Shown: positions 22,854-36,800, counted from the first letter of the stretch. The stretch is DNA of 44,351 nucleotides from Folioceros fuciformis (GCA_049999805.1 JBNGIO010006255.1:650832-695182); one strand, 5' to 3'. Numbers and translations are program-made. The notes: a model not told the origin generated them from the sequence alone.

Positions 22854-23653
22854 CGGGCCGTATATCATGGTGCATGCATGACAGGTGACGGATCACACTA
22901 TTTGCACGCTTGTCCTGTAAAATAGCTCTGCTAGTTGGTATTCAGCGGTGCAGGATGAATTCTGAAGCAATTTAGGAGGGTGGAGGGACGCACGGGACGC
23001 TGCACTCACATACCTATTCATATGCTGCTCGAATACGGACCGGTTGGCGAGCCAAGTCTGCTTGCTGTCCTGCAGACAAGCAGGGACCTTGAACTTTCCA
23101 ACCTTGTCTCGTGTTGTGCCTGAAATCCTGCCATTGATTGTATTTGCCGTGCTTCACAGCTATTTAGTAGGTGGCACACCGTGCGTAGGGATCTATTTTT
23201 GAGCTACATTTTGCTTGTGGTATTGCAAGCTTGAATGGCTGCAACAGTTCTTCTGCGAGATCAACACCTTGTTGATCTGCAGAAATCTCTTGATGAAGGA
23301 AGTTCGAATTATCTCAGTGTGTCGCAAACTCCTCTTGCCCGATCCCCTTAGTACGTACAGTAAGCGGAAAACACTAAAAAGCCTCTCAAACCATGGCATC
23401 ACTTTCCTCCCTACACATATCGGTACCGCTCGTCTTCCAGTCCCTTGTGGCTCTCATGACACCTCGGTCACACGTTTCATCGTGATACTGCAACTTCGAA
23501 ATCCATCTCCAGGCGCCCCCTTGGTGTGTCGAAGAGACGTGGCATTCAAGACGGGCGTGGACGTTGCCTTTTACCACGGAATGTCTCTCAAGACCGAGAC
23601 TACAAAGTTTCCGCACACGACACAGCCCCCGGACGCATGTTTCTACTTATGTA

Positions 23654-23753
23654 NNNNNNNNNNNNNNNNNNNNNNNNNNNNNNNNNNNNNNNNNNNNNNN
23701 NNNNNNNNNNNNNNNNNNNNNNNNNNNNNNNNNNNNNNNNNNNNNNNNNNNNN
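23654..23753. other. Assembly gap (100 N, probably of unknown size)
   Basis: Run of N. Confidence 1.
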
Positions 23754-24124
23754 TATGAATATGAGCACTTGCTGTCCCTGCTGAGCAGAGAGCTTCTCTT
23801 GGCCACCAATTGGAGGCGTGAAGGGTCGCCGTTCAGCTAGAGTGCCGGGAAGGAGCTCGACCTCGGTGATGTACGTAAGGACGTGGGCACTGAATTTGCA
23901 GCAGAGCAGCGTTTGGACGCCTGCTAACAGAGAGACTGACTGCTGAGTTGGTTTGATTGAACCGCTGCAGAGACGAGGTTCGCTACGCCTAGCCTGTCCA
24001 CTACATGGCCACTTCAATTCATGCCTAGTCTTACCTGTTCGTTTGCGCCCATTATGGACTTGGTTCTATTTCTCCAGGAGAGAACCGTTCCAGCACGGTA
24101 GCATAGAAATGCATAGGAGCTGGG

Positions 24125-27100
24125 ATGGGGCACATTGCATGCCTCCCGGACGCTGTAGTGCGCAACCTACGATCCAGCATAGTCCTGTCTGATCTGGCAC
24201 AAATTGTGGAGGAGCTGGTGTGCAACAGTCTGGATGCGGAGGCCACGCAGGTACTGATTGCTAGGGGAGTAGATGTACGCTGCCAATATTCCACTTGGGC
24301 AATGTCTTGGTTTCTTTCCATTTGGATTGTTAAAGGGGTGGTTAAGGCTTGACTCTGACCTCTTGTTCTTGTGCTGTGTCAAGATCGATGTGTGTGTACG
24401 CCCTGAAGATTCTCAAATACTAGTGGAGGACAATGGTAATGTGTGGGGGAGTCTGGGGATGTTTCCTGCACCACCAGACCGTCTGATCTGTGATTGTGGC
24501 AGGCTTTGGCATCAGTGAAGATGATTTTGAACTTCTTGGAGAGAGATACGGTAACATGTCTTAGTTTAAAGCATGAATGAGTGGATTTGCTGCTTTGAGG
24601 CACCGAGCTGCACTTCGTCCTGTGCGTCTGACCGGCTGCACTGTCCAGTCTGGGCCCTAAGTAGTTACCCCTTTTTCGTGCAGCCACGTCAAAGATCCAC
24701 GAATTGGAAGATCTGGAGGGTGGGATTCAAACGCTGGGATTTCGTGGAGAGGCTCTGAGCTCACTTGCAGATGTGGCACTCATAGATGTGACATCACGGG
24801 CACGAGGATCTCCACATACTTTCAGAAAGATATTGAAGGTCTGTCTCATGTGTATTCACTGTCTAACTATGACCGGGTACACTTCAGGCCTGATCCTGAT
24901 CCTGGTTCTGGTGGTTGCTGGTTTAGGCCAGTAAATCTTTGTACTTCGGGCGGAGCTCCCTTCAGCAGGACCATGGCACCAAAGGTGGTTTCTTAAAACT
25001 TAGCGAGCTATTACAATTATTATGCACGTACTGAAACTTTTGATGACGAGAACTGTGTATTTTTTTTTTTTTTTTTTTTTTTAATATTTCTCAATCAGCC
25101 AGTACGAAGGAAGCTGTTCTGCTCCAGCTTGTTGTCAGCGTTCGTTGAATCATATGTCCTCTGTAGTATTGCTGTATTTTCCCGTTCTCTTTGATGAAAA
25201 TCTGTTGTTCAAAAGTGTCTCGTTTGCTACAGCCACAAGAAGGTGATTCAGTCTGTGAAGGAGCGGGTTTTTCGTCTGGCTCTAATGCACCCTGGGGTTG
25301 CTATATTAGTCAAGGATATGGCAAGGTGAGTGGAGAAGTTGTTTTCTTAAACTTGTTCCTCAGGCACTTTTGGGCGTACGTTAAGAACCATGAGTTCTTG
25401 GTTGATTGTAGGCAAGAAGTCTTCCGATCACGGCCGGTTTCATCCGTGAGGAGGGCTATGCTAGATCTGTTTGGCTCTGAGCTTTGTTCCATCATGAAGG
25501 AATTAGATTTTGCAAAGGGGAATCTTAGGTTGCATGGGTTTCTGTCCAAGGCTTCACATGTACTCTCCTCCAAGGTCAGGGTGCCAGTTTTTGTCTATTT
25601 CTGTGGGTTCTTCTTTATCAAAAGTTTCAGTGTGCAACAGGCTGAACAGGCAGGCCTTACATGAAATGGCGCTGATTCACTCCTGTCTGCTGTGCAGACA
25701 CTGCAGTTTTTTTGTATCCTTTCTGAATGGACCATCTGTGTGGCATCATACAACCATGAGTTTCTGCTTTGCTGTGTTGCAACCTTAATCGGATGGTAGA
25801 CATCAACCGCCGTTTTGTTCTAAAGACCCCTATTCATAAACTGTTGAACTCGGCTCGTAATTGTGGTTTTGGGATGGTTCCCCAAGGGACTCACCGCCAA
25901 AAGCAAGCTTTTCCTGCATTTGTGCTCAATATGATGTGCCCACCTTCGTATTATGACATCACATTTGAGGCCTCAAAGACAATTGTGGAGTTTAAGGTAA
26001 ACATTTGATACTTGTCACCACCGTCGATTGAAGACACTTCTAGAGTTCAGTAGCTCGCATCTACTTTTGTCTGAGCGGCCGTGTCTTGTTTGTGTGCAGG
26101 ATTGGAAGATGGTTGTCTTATTCGTAGAAGAGATACTACAACAGTTTTGGTCTCAACATAGAACATCCCTGAATGAACATCCTTCCTTCCAGTGTATTGA
26201 CAACCATGGTAGTTTTCTTTGAGAAAAGTAAGTTTATCATGTTGCTTTCGTGTACACACATATCCCCTTCTTTTAACCTCATCCACATGCCACTTGGCAG
26301 GTGAGGAATCCAACATCGTACCAACAGAAGAGCCAGTTCGTCAAAGGAAAGGCCAGTCCCACCGCGTGGAAAGGCTTAAAACTCACAGTGGCACTATGGA
26401 TCTGAACAGTGCCGACCTTTTGGATTGGGGAGATCATTCTTGTGTTGATAGTCTTCAGGACGACACAGATCTGAGAAAGGCGTTTGAGGAAGCACATTCA
26501 TCGATGTTAACCAGGGGTATCAGTTCAAGGTCTTCAAGACAGAGCTTAGGGCCATCGGATGTTTGCATTCCTTCTAAGGTCGCTACTCCCAACGACGTGC
26601 AGGGCACTTCCCCTTTTCACATCAATGAATCGCTAGGAAGAGACGGATTTAATTGCTGTGATCCACCTGGGACGGGCAGATTGTTTGGGCTGTGCTATGA
26701 GAGGATGGGGAGCAAAAGAAAACGGCTATCTCCAGAGGGATTCGTTGGAAGTTCTGGTTTGAGTCCAGAGCCCTGCTTGATTGGACGCTATGGTTTGAGT
26801 CTAGAGCCTTGCTTGCTTGGAAGTAATGGTCTCAGTCCAGAGCCTTGGCATGACGTCAGTGTTGCAGGCATCTCAGATGTGCTTGTGGTGGACGAGCACA
26901 CAGGAAACACTTTGCCTTGTGATTTTGAAGATTTGGAACTTAGGAATGGCAGACGCTCCTTGGGTATACAGCCATAAGTTGTTGTTATCTTGCTATGTTT
27001 GTTCATTACTACTTGTTTATAATAGGCTTGCTACCTCGTTTTGAATGTTCCTGGTATCTTGTGTTATCTCAGGAGAAGGCAACCCCAGCAGATGTGAGAG

Positions 27101-28979
27101 AGAAGGCAGTGACATCAACATCACTAAATTCCGCAAAGACTCAGCATCAGCAGTGGGTGATTATCCCTACCAGGTGGAATCTGTCGTTGATATGTATCAG
27201 GTATTAAAAGTACCTTCTGGGAGTAACTTAGCTTTCCAGCATCTTTTCCTGTCTTCTAACGTTCCTTTCATTTGCTCGCAGGCCTGGGTAAACCCATTGA
27301 CGAAGGTGGAAGGAAGAGACATCCTTGACATTGCTTCTAATGTGGAGCATGTCCTGGTGCCAGGATCGATTACCAAGGAGAAATTGCAACACGGCCGAGT
27401 TCTCCAGCAAGTTGACAAGAAGTTCATTGCTGTCGTAGCGCAAGGAGTATTAGTACTGGTGGATCAGGTAGTCTTTGCAGTGAGCGCACACTTAGAGTTG
27501 TTCCCTGCCTTTGCCTGCACCAGAGATTATAAATAAGTTTATCATCATAAACTCGTGATGAATACAGCACGCAGCAGATGAGCGTGTTCGACTTGAGCAG
27601 CTGAGAAAGGAGGTAAGGAGTTTCACGATGTGATTTTGAGAAAGTGGGGGTCTGATGTAGCACATTACAGTGACGAGCAGCATGCACCAATAATGGAGCT
27701 GGCTAAAAGTGAAGTGCCTGTTTTGACGCATCGGCATATCCATTATCTGTTTGCAGGTGCTTGAGTCAGACACAAAGGCCGTCACTCTTTTGGATCAACC
27801 AGAGGAACTGGTATGAAATTCTGTTCAATGTCAGACGTCATCTGGATATCCTGTATTCAAGTTCTGAAGTAAGAAGTAGTATGACCTCAAGGCCTGTGGC
27901 AGACGCTGACACCAACGAACCAGCAAATCCTTGAGACATATGTTGAACAGGTTCAGACATGGGGTTGGAGATTCAAAATTGCATCCCGTACCCTCAGGTG
28001 GAAACTTACTGTTGTTTGATGCTGTGGAACAAAAGGCGTAGCAATTCCATTTATTTCATCATTTGATTAACAGTTTAGACACACTGTTGGTGTCCATTCA
28101 GGGAAGGAGTCAGCAGTGTCAAAGCTCGCAATGTGCTTCTGAATGCTGTAAGTAGCCGTGCAAATAAAGTTAACCCGGTTATCCGGCAAGATTCAGGCAA
28201 TAATCTGTACATCAACTCTGTGAGCAGGTCCCCAGTATCCTGAATGCCAATCTCACCACAGCGGATCTAAACGACTATCTGATTCAGGTCTTTTCAGGCC
28301 TTGGGTTTCATATTATCCGTCCTATATTCCTCTTCTGCTAACTTGTCTGCTTATTGGAACATGATATTCAGCTCAAAGAAACCCATGGCTCCTCAGCACC
28401 ACCTCCCGCAGTGACAAGGATATTGAACTACAAAGCGTGCAGAGGTGAGAGACCGAATCTCTCTTTCGCTAACATCCACTCGAAATGCTCCTACACTGTC
28501 ACGGTCCCTTCACTTTCTCTTTTGTTGCAGGAGCTATCATGTTTGGTGATACCTTATTGCCATCCGAATGCCACGAGCTGCTAGCTCATTTGAAGCAAAC
28601 AGCTCTTTGCTTTCAGGTGTTCACCTACCATTCACTGTATGTGTGACCCCTAATTTCTGCACAGTGGGGTGAGCTAACTTCTTGTTTCGACTCACCACAG
28701 TGTGCGCATGGTCGTCCAACAATGGTGCCGCTGGTGAGCCTCCCTGCTTTACACAGATGCTACTCGCCATCAGCTGCTGAGAACAGATTCGGTAGTGCGA
28801 AGAGCGTGGACATCCGGGAGTGTGAGGTGGAAACTCCTGACGGAAAGCAGTTCTTCAAAACGTTCAGAAGCAGCACGGGCCCTCCGAAGAACGTTTGCAC
28901 TGTATGGCACGGACTGCAGTGTCTTCCAGCAAGCCTAGAACGGGCAAGGAGCAGGCTGCAGAAAGCACGAAACGTATGA
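24125..28979 (+). CDS. MLH3: MutL homolog MLH3 (mismatch repair / meiotic crossover endonuclease), multi-exon
   Basis: GHKL ATPase motifs IVEELVCNSLDA, VEDNG|FGI, ATSKIH, LGFRGEALSSL, NQPVRRK and YDITFEASKTIVEFK|DW. Endonuclease motif DQ|HAADERVRLE (27460-27600), ACR|GAIMFGD and FQ|CAHGRPT. Not every internal exon boundary was verified. Confidence 0.93.
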
Positions 28980-29299
28980 ATTAGTCGACAGCAACATTCT
29001 GTACAGTCTCTGTCCACACATGGTGGAATCCATATCACGCGTATGGTTCAATGAATCATTTTCTTGTGATAGTTATCATGCACACGGTTCCTTTTGAAGC
29101 CCCGGGTCGCAACGTCTAAGGTGTCCCTTAGCCTCACTTATCGGTTTCGGGTGTTTTGGCGGGAACGCCGCTGTGGGCGGCGTTTGGCCAACCTTCTTCG
29201 GTGTACCTCTGTTGTTGCGAACCAATTCATCTTTGTGGGCAGCTGCGTTTCCAGGGCCTGACAGAAGCAGCGTAGGAGCATCGGCAGGGAGTCATAGCC

Positions 29300-32200
29300 A
29301 TGGTCGGCCCAGCAATGGACTGCGTCCGGAATCCGCTTGGCGCCGTCAACATTTTGTTTCAGAGGACTTGTGACTCTGGCACAGCACCAGCGGATTGGTC
29401 GAAGTCCGACTGGGGTGTTCGCGATTTCTTCCAAAGGTGTCTCTACGATGAGGGAGGTTTGGCAAAGGTTGGCGTTTGCTAACATCCAGCGTCTCCTGCG
29501 TATTGGCTACTTCCCACCCTCAAAAGTTCGATTCTTGCTTCTTGGTGTACAGGTGCCAGAGATGAATGCTGTGGCCATTGATACAATCCCCGCAAATTCT
29601 CTTGTACGCTTTCGGGGGATGGTAGGTTGCGTTCCTCCCCAACTCATTTGGCTGCCGAATGCCGTTCATTCCGCTCCGGGAATGGATGAGGTTATGCGAA
29701 TGCACCTCTCATTTGCTGGTTGCAGATACAGGACATGTTCGACACTGAGTACTACGTTGGAGCATACAAGGTGAAGTCCGCGGACACAGACTGTGGTTCT
29801 CCAAGAGTCATACTACTATTGTTTTTGGTTTTTTATTGTGCATTCAGGGATGGCAGGTAGGATCATCCTGGCACACAGGGAAGTTTACCGACACCGCAGA
29901 TGTTCACCCTGAGGCAGAGACAGCGTTGTGGGACAGACGTCTGTTCTATGTCGTTCCCGTAAGTAGTCTCTGTATCGCAACATGTTGTGCCTGCTGACAG
30001 CTATAGCTGGATTTTGCTCTCGTCGTAGTGCTAGGCTAAGGTGATCGTGTTGCCGGCTGCATGATCCTCTATTCTAGCGCTCAGAGGGTTGGCTTTTTTC
30101 ATGTCAGATTCCTGGGGAGAACTCCTGGGTGAAGGAAGCTGTTGCTGTAAACGCTTCCACACACCCAAGCAATGATTCTGCAGAAATTAGGGAAAAACGG
30201 TCAAGGGACTCCCCAGCAGAAGATGGACCCGTGGTAAGTTTTATCTCACCCATTCGGGACCCTTTTCGTCGAGGACATTGGCATGATGTTCTGCTCCTTG
30301 GTATCGTAATGTGATGAACTCGTGCTTCCAGGACATGGAGTCCGATTCACTGTCAGACTGTTTCCCGGAGCGGAAGAAAAGGGTGATGGTGAGTTGATTG
30401 CACCGGCATAACGTGTTCTTGTCCGCTCTCATTCCAGCACTGATTCCGTTCGGGCAAGTGCTGTAGGTTAAAGTGGTTGCTTGTCCGCAGAGAAAAGATG
30501 GCAGAAGGCTGTGTAGCAACGACGCGCGCAAACCCGTCGATCTGAATATGCCGATTCCTGAGCCCAAACTTTTCACATGCTTGGTGAAGGTGCCGCTCGT
30601 CACTGTTCCACTCAGGATCATGGGTTTGACTACTGTGCATGGGATTCGTGTAAGGTCAACTTATGACCCTCTACACAGGTTTATGACGGTGCTGATGCAG
30701 ACCTGAAGTTGAATGACATTGTGGAATTTGTCGGAGTCGTCACTTTCGACCCCCAACTATCGACGAACGCATTTATTGCTCAAGGATTCACAGAAGAAGA
30801 TAAGGAAGACAATCTGGTGTTTCACCTACCAGCTAGTAAGGTACCCTTGAGAAGGACTGGAGTCTACCAGCAGGAAAGATAAATCAGAGTATGTCTCATC
30901 CTGCATTGATGTTCACAGTGCCTTTAACAGGGACAAGGGCATGCAGGTACCTCGTTTGCACTGTGTCACTTGGCGAAAGCTTCACGGACACAATTTTATG
31001 TTGTCCCTTCCCAGCATGGCACCTCCGATGTCCACCCTTCTGGTAACACTCCGAAGGCACAGTCCATTTCCTACGTTCGGGCATTCGGTTTGGCTGTCTG
31101 TGTGAGATGCCCTGTAATGTCCACCGCATTCAATGATTCAGGCTGCGCCCCCCTCGAATGTGGCTGAAGTGAGGTGCTCCTTGCTGCAAGGATTGACACG
31201 CAGCTTTGGTGGGGACCGTCTGGTCGGCGAGTACTTCCTGCTGCACATGCTTTCTCAGGTGGGCTGCGGCAAAGGCGCCCTGGTTTGCCACTGTGAAGCT
31301 GTGATTGAAAGTGGTGGAACTTTTAAGAGGAGCTTCGAATTCAATGTGCCTATTCCTGCCTTTCCTGCAGGTGCACACTCGAAAGGATGACCTTGCCTTG
31401 GGAAAGCTGTCTCTGAATATCACCGGCTGCCAGGTTGCGGCTACAGACCTCTCCCCATCTGTGGCAGCAGTAGCTGCAAAGGCGGTAGCTTTCTTGCTAC
31501 CCCGTTCTCACACGATGTCGCTAACTCTGGAACTACTCAACACGGCATCCTTCTCTCCTTCGAAAGACTACGAAAATAACAGGTTCGTGTCACTGCGCAA
31601 AGCTGCAATTCCGTGGATGAATGTAAGGCGCCAGACGCTGAGTTGGTTGTTGCGTCGACAGGATGTTGGCGGGAGCGCTGCAGCTAGCAGATGGAACTCA
31701 CTTAACAATCGATGAAACCGCTCTACATGCGGGCAAGCTTAATGGTATGGGAGTGCAAAATATAGCCGGCCTGAAGCGACTTTTGGAGTGTCAGAAGGTA
31801 TTGGTTGGCAGCATGACGGTAGGGGTGTGGCTGGGTAGAGCATATCTGCGCGCTGAGTGGAGGTGGCCATGCATGCAGGTGGAGTATGACTTCAAGTACT
31901 ACAGGATGGAAATGGCAGCAGATATCCCAGTCCTTGTGACGTCTCAAGCGAAAGCAAAACTGCTGCCAGCCGACGCTGTAGTACCACTCAAGTCTACGGC
32001 CAGCCTGTGCCACTTGGTGGGCAACGATGAAGACATGTCGAAGTGGCGCTGGTACTTGAACTACGTTCGTGGCTTGTCATACTCTATCGATCCCCGCATG
32101 CTGAAGGTATGCCACGGGATGACGGGTTTCGTGGTCGTGGGGCAGGTTGTCAGGAGTTGTCCTGTGCTAAGTATAAGTGGGAGGAATGAGAGAAGTCATT

Positions 32201-32510
32201 TTGACTTGCGGTCCCGTATGGTGCAGATCGTGGAGGGCGATTTGGTCAGTGCCAGGCAGGAAGACAGATCCCTCGGGCCCGACGATTTTCATAGGCAAGC
32301 TTTTTATGAAGGATGTTGAATATACAGAGTGCCGTAGTGGTAGCATGGTTCCTGATTGCTGACCTGATAGGGTATTGGGCTGTTTGCAGATGGCTAACGA
32401 TGGGGAGACTGATGTCGCTGAGCTACGGAGAGACGACGCTTTCGACAGACAAGTGGCACAGCGTGATGGAGTTGGAGAGGAGACTAGCCGAAAGAGTACG
32501 GTGCTGCTAA
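29300..32510 (+). CDS. ETG1: Mini-chromosome maintenance complex-binding protein (MCM-BP / ETG1), multi-exon
   Basis: MVGPAMDCVRNPLGAV, NSLVRFRGM|IQDMFDTEYYVG, LKLNDIVEFVGV, VPRLHC, GDRLVGEYFLLHMLS, KDYENNR|MLAGALQLADGTHLTIDET, VEYDFKYY and WLTMGRLMSLSYGE. Stop TAA 32508-32510. Confidence 0.92.
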
Positions 32511-33899
32511 GGAATAGAAATGAAAAGAAGTCGTGTCCATGTGAGCACGGCTGCGCTAGCGTTGTGTAGTTGTGACATAATAGCGGAAGGAGAAATGAGA
32601 AGGCACCGTGGGCCGTTGTTGTTGTGGCTTTCATGTGCTTCTTAAGGTTTCAGACCGGGTGGGCGGGACAGTACATACATACTGCTGCTGCTGCTGCTGC
32701 TGCAGCTGGGACTCAACGGTAACCCCCGTACTGGCATCTTCGGGGGTTTTGTCTGTACGAAGGAAGACACCAGTTCAAGGAGTTATCAGAGGTCGAACAC
32801 TTGGCAGTGCACAGTTACAGGGGTGGTACCCTGGAAACAGCTGGACGATGCAACCCGGCCTCCGGACAGTGGAACGGGGGTGAATAGTTGGTTGCAAGCA
32901 ATAGCAGCCCTCCTGCTGCAGGGAGGAGTCCTCTCTTGCATGCCCCGATCCAATAGAATCGGAATCCAGTACCGTGCTCATGGGCGCTACCAGGAGAAGC
33001 CCAGAAGGTGATGACGGGTCAGTCGGCTGACGGGCATGTGCATGTGCTTGTGCTGTGCTTTTGCTTTTTGCCTTTGCTTGTATATAAGAGTTTCATGAGT
33101 GTGTGCGCTGGGAGTGTGCGCAAGGAGTGTGCAAAGAGCGAATGGAATGTCTTAGCAACATGATTGCGGCTGTAGTGGTAAGGTAAAATCCTCCAGATGT
33201 ACAATGTGTCTGGTGGGTGCATGGGTAGCGAAGACACTAATTACGAAGCTGCGGGTGGGCTGCCCCGCGTCGGCTGTGTAGGCTAGTAGGCACCGGTGGC
33301 GGTGCAGCAGTGACAAAGGGGGTCAAAAAAAGTGAGGCAAAGCAGAGCAAACAAACAAGCACAAGGCTCAACAGTCAAAGCTGAGTGGTGACTCCCTCTC
33401 CCTCCGTCAGTGAGGTTAAAGCTTTGTGGAGTATGGTCGGCGTGGTGCCTGCCAATTGTGCATTGGCAACTCCCTGGCCTCCCCCAATGCCCAGGCTGCA
33501 GCCCAGATATATCACGAAATACATAGGCATAGGCTGGTGTTTGTCTGCTTATGCCACTTGGGGATGGATGGTTTCCCGGCCACATTCATCCGCACATGGG
33601 TGTTTCATGTATGGGCGTTGTTGTTAAAGAGATGCAGAGGCTTGGCTTAGAATTAGCAGGCAGGGGTCCGGGGTACGGGACCCCCCGGGGGCCCAGGCCA
33701 GAGCAGCGGAGTTTTGGGGTGTGTGGGGCCTTGACCTGCAGTAGTGCAGCAGGCGCCGTCTCACATCAAGCAGGCGTGGCGTGTTGCACAGCTCCGTTAC
33801 CTCGGTCCTTCCTCACACGAGCCATGTGCAGTGCAGGGCAGAGTGCGAGAAGGAGGCAGGACGCAGAGTGCAGGCGGTTGCAAGTTCCGGGGCCTGGTC

Positions 33900-36800
33900 G
33901 TTGCAGATTCATTTGGATGTATGTGTGCATGTATGTATGTATGTACGCCTGTATCGCGTTGTGGAGGAGTTGGAGCTGCAAGAGAGGTGGGATGCCCATG
34001 TAAATTCTACGAGAGTTGGAGAGGGAGAGGGAGAGGGAAAGGGTGGAGAGTGGGTGAGTGGTGGCACTGGTGGTGTGTGATGACAGACGAAGCGGCGTCA
34101 CGGCAGGCCCCCAGCTCAAGCCCTCGATCTTTCGTCACCCCAACACGGGCGCCGCAAGTACAGTGCAGACTGCAAGGTACGCGAAAAGTGGATCCTGTGT
34201 TCACTGTTGCTACTGCTGCTTGAGGCTGGTGCAGGCTGTGATCTAATCAGCCCGACGTACGCGCCCACCACGCACTATGCCGCCTGCTGTTTACGTGCAT
34301 ACCTGGATACACAAACACGAACACATACACATACAGATGATACAGATACAGGGAGCTCCCGGAGGCGGGGATGGTGAGCACAGTCTGCCCGCCGGGCGCA
34401 TCCACCAAGATACTGTACGCAGGATACCAGATACGTGTAGTGCTGCGGAATCAGATTAAGTTTCCGGGGCCCCGGCCGGGGGAATGGGGAAGGAGGCGGA
34501 GACTTGGGTCCCGGGTGCCGGGTGCCGGGTGCCGGGTCCCGGTCCGGTCCGGTCCGGGCCCCCCAGAATGGAAGCAGCTCAGGAGCCGCTTGAACCATGG
34601 CCTATGATTGCTCGGGCGAGCGCTCCGACTTCCTCCGCCGTCGATCCTCTCAAGCCGTGCGCAGAGGAGCGAGGGGAGAAAGAAGAGGAAGCAGGAGGTG
34701 GTGAGGCGGTCGCTTTTTCCTGGCTGCCCGCGGGCTGGGCCATCTTTGTTTGGAAGGTGCGAGCGGGCAAGGCCTTACCTGGAACCCTACCCTACCCACT
34801 AGGAAGCCATACCCCGCCATATGCTAGGGTTGTATCAGGTGGCGGGCTTATTGCACGCAAGACAGCAGCATGGACAAGCAGAAGAACACCCTGTAGCCTA
34901 TAGGGTGTGTGTGGGGAGGAATGCGGGAACAAGAAGAAGAACAGTGGCAGCATGTAATGTAATGCTGTGTGGTGTGGTGTGGTGTGGTGATGGAAACAAT
35001 TGCAATGAATGCAGGAGTCCAGGGCCTCCCGTCCCCCATTCCCCATGGTTTTGGTGGTATGCGGAGTTATGATGCCGTTATGACTCGAAATCTAAGAAAG
35101 GAGAGGCGCCAAATTCCTTGTGTGGCAGCGGGCCTTAGCGTTGATGAACGGCATCAGTGTCATCCCCTTTGTCGATATTGTAGAATATGTAAGCAGCGGT
35201 AACACAGAGAGCCGCGCGCGCGCGCTTGAGCTCACACTGGTGCATGGCCCACAGCTTGTGGCAGCGCCGGCCCGCTAGCATTTGCACATCGCTCCAGCCT
35301 TGGAGTTGGATGGAGCTCTTGTTTGCTTCTCTGCGGCGTGCGTCAAGGTGACGCAAGGCAAGCGGCAATCGGGGCCCAGGCTAAGCCAGCCTCGAGCCTT
35401 TAATGACTCACATGAGGCAAGCCGAGAAGCGCCAAGCCGGGGCCCGGAGCCCTAAACCTCGCATCAGCCATGAGCCGTGAGCCGTGAGCCAGTGATGCAT
35501 TAGCCTGGATAACTAAATCCTGCTGCTTTTATTAAGCGGGCAGGCGAGTGGGATTATCCAGGCGCCTGCCTCTGCCTCTGCCACTGTCGCACTGTCGCAC
35601 TGTGACACTGGCAAGTAGTAAGGAAGGGTAAATGCATAAAACGGGGTGGGCCGAGTCCGTGCCACGGGACGCCACCACCATGTGTCCCCACCGTCCAAAT
35701 CTCGCTCCGTTTCTCACAGCCACGCCTCAGGTGACGTCGAGCCTGGAGTCTGCGATGGCGGGCCCGGCAGGTCAGGTCAGGGCAGGACAAGGCAGGGCAG
35801 GGCAGGGCAGGGCAGGACGGGGCAGGGCAGGTCAGGTCCGGCCCGGCCCGGTTTGGACCAGCCCGGCCCTGTCCATATCTGCCTACCTACCCGCCCCGTT
35901 CCCCTCGTCCGTTCCTTTACCTTTCCTTTTCCTTTCCTTTCCTTTCCTTCCCTCTTCTTTCCTGCATTGCCCTGCTGCTGCCTCTGCCTGGTACTCGTAT
36001 TCGTATACAAATAGGAGCATACGGTTTGTTTTGTAATGACCACATTTTGCTTGGTGGGCGGTAGGTATCTTTCGGGAGGGGTGAAGGGTGAAGCGGCGAT
36101 GTGGCGATGGATGGAAAGAGAAGAAGACGATATTTCCGTGGGGTGCGCAGGTTGTGGGCCTGCGCGAATGCGAGTGCGGGTGTGAGAGCGAATGCGAAAG
36201 CGAGGTCAAAAGGATCAATCTGGGGAGCGGGATGAGTGCGTCCAAAGAAGCCAACCTCCGTTGAACCTTGGGCATCGGGAGACACACAGAACAGAGGAGA
36301 ACAGAGCAGAGCAGAGCTGACTTTGCTTGCGGTGTGAGTGAGTGAGTGAGTGCAAGGAGCGGTGTGGGTGTGGCTCGGAAGCCATAACTGATGGGAAAGG
36401 GCTCCCAGGGCGAGACGAGTGAGTAGACGAGTGCGGAGACGAGTGAGTCGTCTCGCTTCCTCTCATCTCCGCTCGTGTCGTGTCGTGTCGTGGCCTCGAG
36501 GGTGGATGAAGACAAGGGGTGTGGAGGGGACGGGGGCCCAACTTCAAGGCAAACATGAAGTTGGCACGGCACGGCACAGCACGCCACGCAACGCCACGCC
36601 ACGGCACTGCACGCAAATCAAATGGCAGCTTTGCTCAAGAAAAGAGAGAAATAGTTTGAATTAAATGCAATGAGCTTAAAGTCGTGGGGTTGGAGGTTCG
36701 AGTTGGTTTGGGCAGCAGTGTCAGTCAGCCTGGGCTGGCCTCCTGCTGCTGCTGCTGCTCCTGTTCCTGTTCACCAGGATAGGAGAGGAGAGGAAGGAAG

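Noticed and set aside
22011-22868. 285-aa minus-strand ORF
   Set aside because: Antisense to the well-supported APS kinase, with no recognisable motifs.
23190-23650. Protein-like minus-strand fragments next to the 100-N gap
   Set aside because: Interrupted by stops, with no recognisable family; cannot be supported without a homology search.
34340-34590. Partial miR160-complement (atacagggagc) and miR390-like (agctcaggag) matches
   Set aside because: Only 10-11 nt each, with no hairpin context.
36107-36235. Small ORF MDGKRRRRYFRGVRRLW... resembling an AP2/ERF start
   Set aside because: It lacks the WxAEIR and WLGTF motifs and the helix; likely chance in GC-rich low-complexity DNA.
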